Source: Candidatus Helarchaeota archaeon (GTDB lineage Archaea; Asgardarchaeota; Lokiarchaeia; Helarchaeales; RDOG01). Taken from it: a DNA stretch of 64,000 bases. Within the stretch, counting starts at the first letter, position 1; every line of letters begins with the position of its first letter. The stretch is from contig JAHPZH010000009.1 in NCBI GenBank assembly GCA_019058315.1, forward strand, positions 32,001 through 96,000, given 5' to 3'. Positions 60,785-64,000 of the stretch are shown piece after piece. The notes under the pieces were generated by a model. It had not been told where the DNA came from. It made no database searches and worked only from the letters and a program-made list of their open reading frames with translations. The translations under genes were made by a program, and so were the position numbers.

Positions 60785-61201
60785 ATGTCAAAAAGATTAA
60801 AAAAAGCAGTTAGAAAAAAACGCGGTTCTCGAACACATGGATATGGTACAATAAGTCAGCATAGAAAAGGGGGTCAAAGAGGTGGAAAAGGAGTAATGAC
60901 CGGAGGAAAAAAACATTTATGGATTAAAACTGTAAAATTTTATAAAGATTATTATGGTAAACATGGATTCAAACGTCATAATTATATAATTAAAAGTTTG
61001 AGAATAATTAATATTGGACAATTAAATGAATTATCTAAAACCCTTTCAAAAACTAATTTAAATGGTCTGGAACTAGGGTTTGATAAAGTTTTAGGAAAAG
61101 GAAACTTAGATGCAGCCCTAAATGTTACTGCTCTTGAATTTTCTAAACTTGCTATTAAAAAAATTGAAGGTGCAGGTGGAAAAATAGAAAAAATTGAATA
61201 A
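60785..61201 (+). CDS. rpl15p: 50S ribosomal protein uL15
   Basis: RGSRTHGYG, GKHGF and KVLGKG motifs. Confidence 0.97.
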   Translation: MSKRLKKAVRKKRGSRTHGYGTISQHRKGGQRGGKGVMTGGKKHLWIKTVKFYKDYYGKHGFKRHNYIIKSLRIINIGQLNELSKTLSKTNLNGLELGFDKVLGKGNLDAALNVTALEFSKLAIKKIEGAGGKIEKIE

Positions 61202-61234
61202 TTTTAATTAATATTATATATCTAGAGGATATAA

Positions 61235-62839
61235 ATGCCGAGTCGATTTCTTCAAGTATTATCTCCATTTATAAAAGTGATGCCTGAAGTTAAACCACCC
61301 GAAAGGGAAATTGCTTTTAAGGAAAAATTTTTATGGACCGCTATTGTCCTCTTGGTTTATTTAATAATGTCAAATTTACCTCTATGGGGGATAGATAGAG
61401 AGGCGGGTACCGATTATTTCTATTGGTGGCGGGTCTTATTAGCTAGTAACCGTGGAACCTTAATGGAGCTCGGAATTGGACCTATTGTTACAGCTGGGTT
61501 AATTATGCAGATGCTGAGTGGGTCAAAACTAATTAATGTGGATTTCTCTGATCCAGATGATCGGATGCTGTTTACTGGATCCCAGAAGGTCCTAGCAATT
61601 TTTATGACTATAATTCAAATTGTTGCCTATATGGTAGCAGGTGCTTACGGACAACTTTCGATCCCTACTGCAGGCATGATATTCATTCAATTATTTGTTG
61701 CAGGCATTATTGTGATATTATTGGATGAACTTCTTCAGAAAGGTTGGGGACTGGGATCTGGAGTCTCTCTCTTCATTGCTGCAGGAGTTTGTCAAAGTAT
61801 AGTTTGGTCTATGTTTTCTCCTTTTCCAGCAAGTGAAGATCAACTTTCTATGGGTGTTATTATTGCACTTATTGTGGTTGTGTTTCAAGGTGGCCTTCAT
61901 ACAGTAAATGTTTCTTTACCCGAATGGCCTGATTGGTTTAAACAATTGGTAGCTTACTATCAAATTGATCCATCTACACCCTCTATTCCTCCAATACCTG
62001 TTCAAAATACGATTAACACCATAATTTATCAACGTCCCTTTGTTCCTTATTTTGATTTAACAACAAATCTTAACTGGACAAACCCTAATTTGCCAACACT
62101 TATTGGTTTCATTGCTACAATTATAGTATTTGCTATTGTAATTTGGTTAGAAAGTGTTCGTGTTGAAATTCCACTCCAATATGCTAAATATAGAGGTTTT
62201 AAAGGAAAATATCCCATAAAATTACTTTATGTCTCAAATATTCCTGTTATATTAGTTCAAGCTTTATACGCTAATGTACTATTCTTTTCTCAATTGTTAT
62301 TTCGTCTCCCAGTATTAGGCGAAAATTTCTTTTTCAGACTTTTTGCCAATTTTGAAGATATCAATTTAACCCAACAATCCCCATTCATGCAGCCTAAACC
62401 AGGGTGCCTCGTCTACTATTTAACTCCTCCCCGCGGAATAAATTACTTGTTACAAGATCCAATTAGGGGCATAATATACATGTTTATTCTAATTTTTCTA
62501 TGTACTTGGTTCGCTAAGGTCTGGTTGGACGTTGCGGGAATTGCACCGCGTGATGTATCTTATCAAATTTTACAAGCTGGTCTTATGGTTCCTGGGTTCC
62601 GACCATCACCAAAGATTTTAGAAAGAATATTAGAACGATACATACCCACAGTTACAATTATCGGTGGGATATGTGTGGGGTTGGTAGCGGCGTTTGCAGA
62701 TTTCTTAGGTTCCTTAGGAACGGGAATGGGAGTATTATTGACTGTAGGAATAATTTATCAATATTATCAAATCATTGCACAGGAGCAAATGGCCGATATG
62801 CATCCCGCTATGAAAGGATTACTCGGATTAGAAGGGTAG
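61235..62839 (+). CDS. secY: Protein translocase SecY/Sec61 alpha
   Basis: GTLMELGIGPIVTAG, GWGLGSGVSLFI, PIKLLYVSNIP and GTGMGVLL motifs. Confidence 0.98.
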   Translation: MPSRFLQVLSPFIKVMPEVKPPEREIAFKEKFLWTAIVLLVYLIMSNLPLWGIDREAGTDYFYWWRVLLASNRGTLMELGIGPIVTAGLIMQMLSGSKLINVDFSDPDDRMLFTGSQKVLAIFMTIIQIVAYMVAGAYGQLSIPTAGMIFIQLFVAGIIVILLDELLQKGWGLGSGVSLFIAAGVCQSIVWSMFSPFPASEDQLSMGVIIALIVVVFQGGLHTVNVSLPEWPDWFKQLVAYYQIDPSTPSIPPIPVQNTINTIIYQRPFVPYFDLTTNLNWTNPNLPTLIGFIATIIVFAIVIWLESVRVEIPLQYAKYRGFKGKYPIKLLYVSNIPVILVQALYANVLFFSQLLFRLPVLGENFFFRLFANFEDINLTQQSPFMQPKPGCLVYYLTPPRGINYLLQDPIRGIIYMFILIFLCTWFAKVWLDVAGIAPRDVSYQILQAGLMVPGFRPSPKILERILERYIPTVTIIGGICVGLVAAFADFLGSLGTGMGVLLTVGIIYQYYQIIAQEQMADMHPAMKGLLGLEG

Positions 62840-62858
62840 TAAAGGAGGTTAGATTTAT

Positions 62859-63608
62859 ATGGATTCTAAAATAAAATATCTCATTATTTTTATTGTGTTA
62901 ATAGGTTTTATTATTGCAATACTTAGTTATTTTCCTCGATTAGACTTTACAGTATGGGCGCCAATTAGATATTTTCTCAAATATAATCTCCATATTTCAT
63001 TCCTTGTAGTTACTCTTTTTTCATTATCTCTTGGACTGATATCAAGTATGGTTTCTTATATTGTATTAGATCTTCCCCGTCTAAAGAGATATCAACAAGA
63101 GATTAAAAAGTGGACCGCTCAAGAAAAAAGAGTAAAAGAACTTAAAGCTGAAGGAACTCCGAATAGAAAATTAGCGCTTAAAGTCAAAAGGAAAAAAAAG
63201 TATATTGAAAAAATTCGTAGAGAAGTTGCATCGGAAAGAATGAAACCAACCTTTTTCACAATGGTTCCTTTCATGGTAATTTTTATAATTTTAAACGGAT
63301 ATATCTTTCCAACCGCTTCTGGAATTGTTGTTGCCATTTTTCCATTTAATATCTATAAAGTTCCAATAATCGGCGCCATGCCCTACTTAGGTCCAATAAG
63401 CAGTATGACAAAACCAATTGCTCTATTTTTTTCGCTTCCTTCTATTGATTTAGGAAATGGAATTGCTATCTCATCAATTTATTTCTTTCAAATATTATAT
63501 AGGTGTAATAATGGGTATTATCTCTATTTCACGGGTTGGTACTTTATTTGTACCTTTGGTTTTAATTCAATATTACAAAGATTAATGGGATTAAACCCCG
63601 AAATGTAA
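62859..63608 (+). CDS. DUF106 / EMC3-TMCO1 (Oxa1-superfamily) membrane insertase
   Basis: TM, coiled coil, MKPTFFTMVP and WYFICTF; conserved position after secY. Confidence 0.85.
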   Translation: MDSKIKYLIIFIVLIGFIIAILSYFPRLDFTVWAPIRYFLKYNLHISFLVVTLFSLSLGLISSMVSYIVLDLPRLKRYQQEIKKWTAQEKRVKELKAEGTPNRKLALKVKRKKKYIEKIRREVASERMKPTFFTMVPFMVIFIILNGYIFPTASGIVVAIFPFNIYKVPIIGAMPYLGPISSMTKPIALFFSLPSIDLGNGIAISSIYFFQILYRCNNGYYLYFTGWYFICTFGFNSILQRLMGLNPEM

Positions 63609-63680
63609 AATATTAATTTTAGCATAAGTTCTTAAAATTGTTTTGAAATTTATTTATTATCTCTAATTGGAGTTGAAGAA

Positions 63681-63959
63681 ATGCCTGAACCACGTTATAG
63701 ATCTAGATCAAAACGAAGAAAAAAAGTGGTAACCCCAAGTGGTGAAAATAAGATACATTACATTGCTAGAACACCAAGTTTTGCAGTCTGTGCTCTATGT
63801 CATGGAAAATTGAAAGGTGTCCCTCGAGCAAGCAAAGTAGTGGGCAAAAAATTGAACAAAGTTCAAAAAAGACCGGATAGAATGTATGGAGGTTATCTCT
63901 GTCCACAATGTTTAAAAGAAGAATTGAAAAAGAATGCTCGGAAAGAAGCAAAAATTTAA
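63681..63959 (+). CDS. rpl34e: 50S ribosomal protein eL34
   Basis: TPSG, CALC and RPDRMYGGYLCPQC motifs. Confidence 0.97.
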   Translation: MPEPRYRSRSKRRKKVVTPSGENKIHYIARTPSFAVCALCHGKLKGVPRASKVVGKKLNKVQKRPDRMYGGYLCPQCLKEELKKNARKEAKI

Positions 63960-64000
63960 AATCACTTATTGATTTTTGGATGTTCTAGATTTGGGGGTGG

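Noticed and set aside
1-64000. Genome-wide UGA reassignment
   Set aside because: TGA terminates clear genes (510-512, uL29, uS8, uS5) and TGG encodes conserved Trp residues.

Overview
AT-rich archaeal chromosomal DNA, most likely from an Asgard (Loki/Hel-type) archaeon; this is inferred from the eS4/eL32/eL19/eL34/Rpp29 content, a Sec61-like SecY and frequent TTG/GTG starts. Bases 1 to ~44,450 are a large surface-glycosylation locus: 5 GT2, 7 GT4-type, 2 GT-C-like membrane proteins, 2 Wzx-type flippases, nucleotide-sugar enzymes and tailoring enzymes. Bases ~44,750 to 64,000 are the archaeal S10/spc ribosomal-protein cluster from uS19 to eL34, including a uS14 gene at 56834-56980 that the ORF track missed. 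That cluster is interrupted twice. The most notable items are: (1) five tandem DUF1624/HGSNAT-type membrane acyltransferase paralogs with an IVD-type acyl-CoA dehydrogenase embedded among them; (2) a convergent pair of small two-helix proteins resembling eukaryotic DPM2, near TM-less DPM1-like GT2s and a PGI/PMI; (3) a coiled-coil/Pro-rich/Vps28-CTD-like ORF between uS17 and uL14; (4) a 6.5-kb CDP-sugar/MFS/GT2 block splitting uL5 from uS14; (5) a cryptic membrane-protein ORF with four in-frame TGA codons at Trp-like positions; (6) two GT genes that appear to need ATC/ATA start codons; (7) a Pro-rich, sequon-bearing insertion in SecY. I saw no rRNA, tRNA, CRISPR array or transposase. All family assignments are from motif recognition by eye and none was database-checked.
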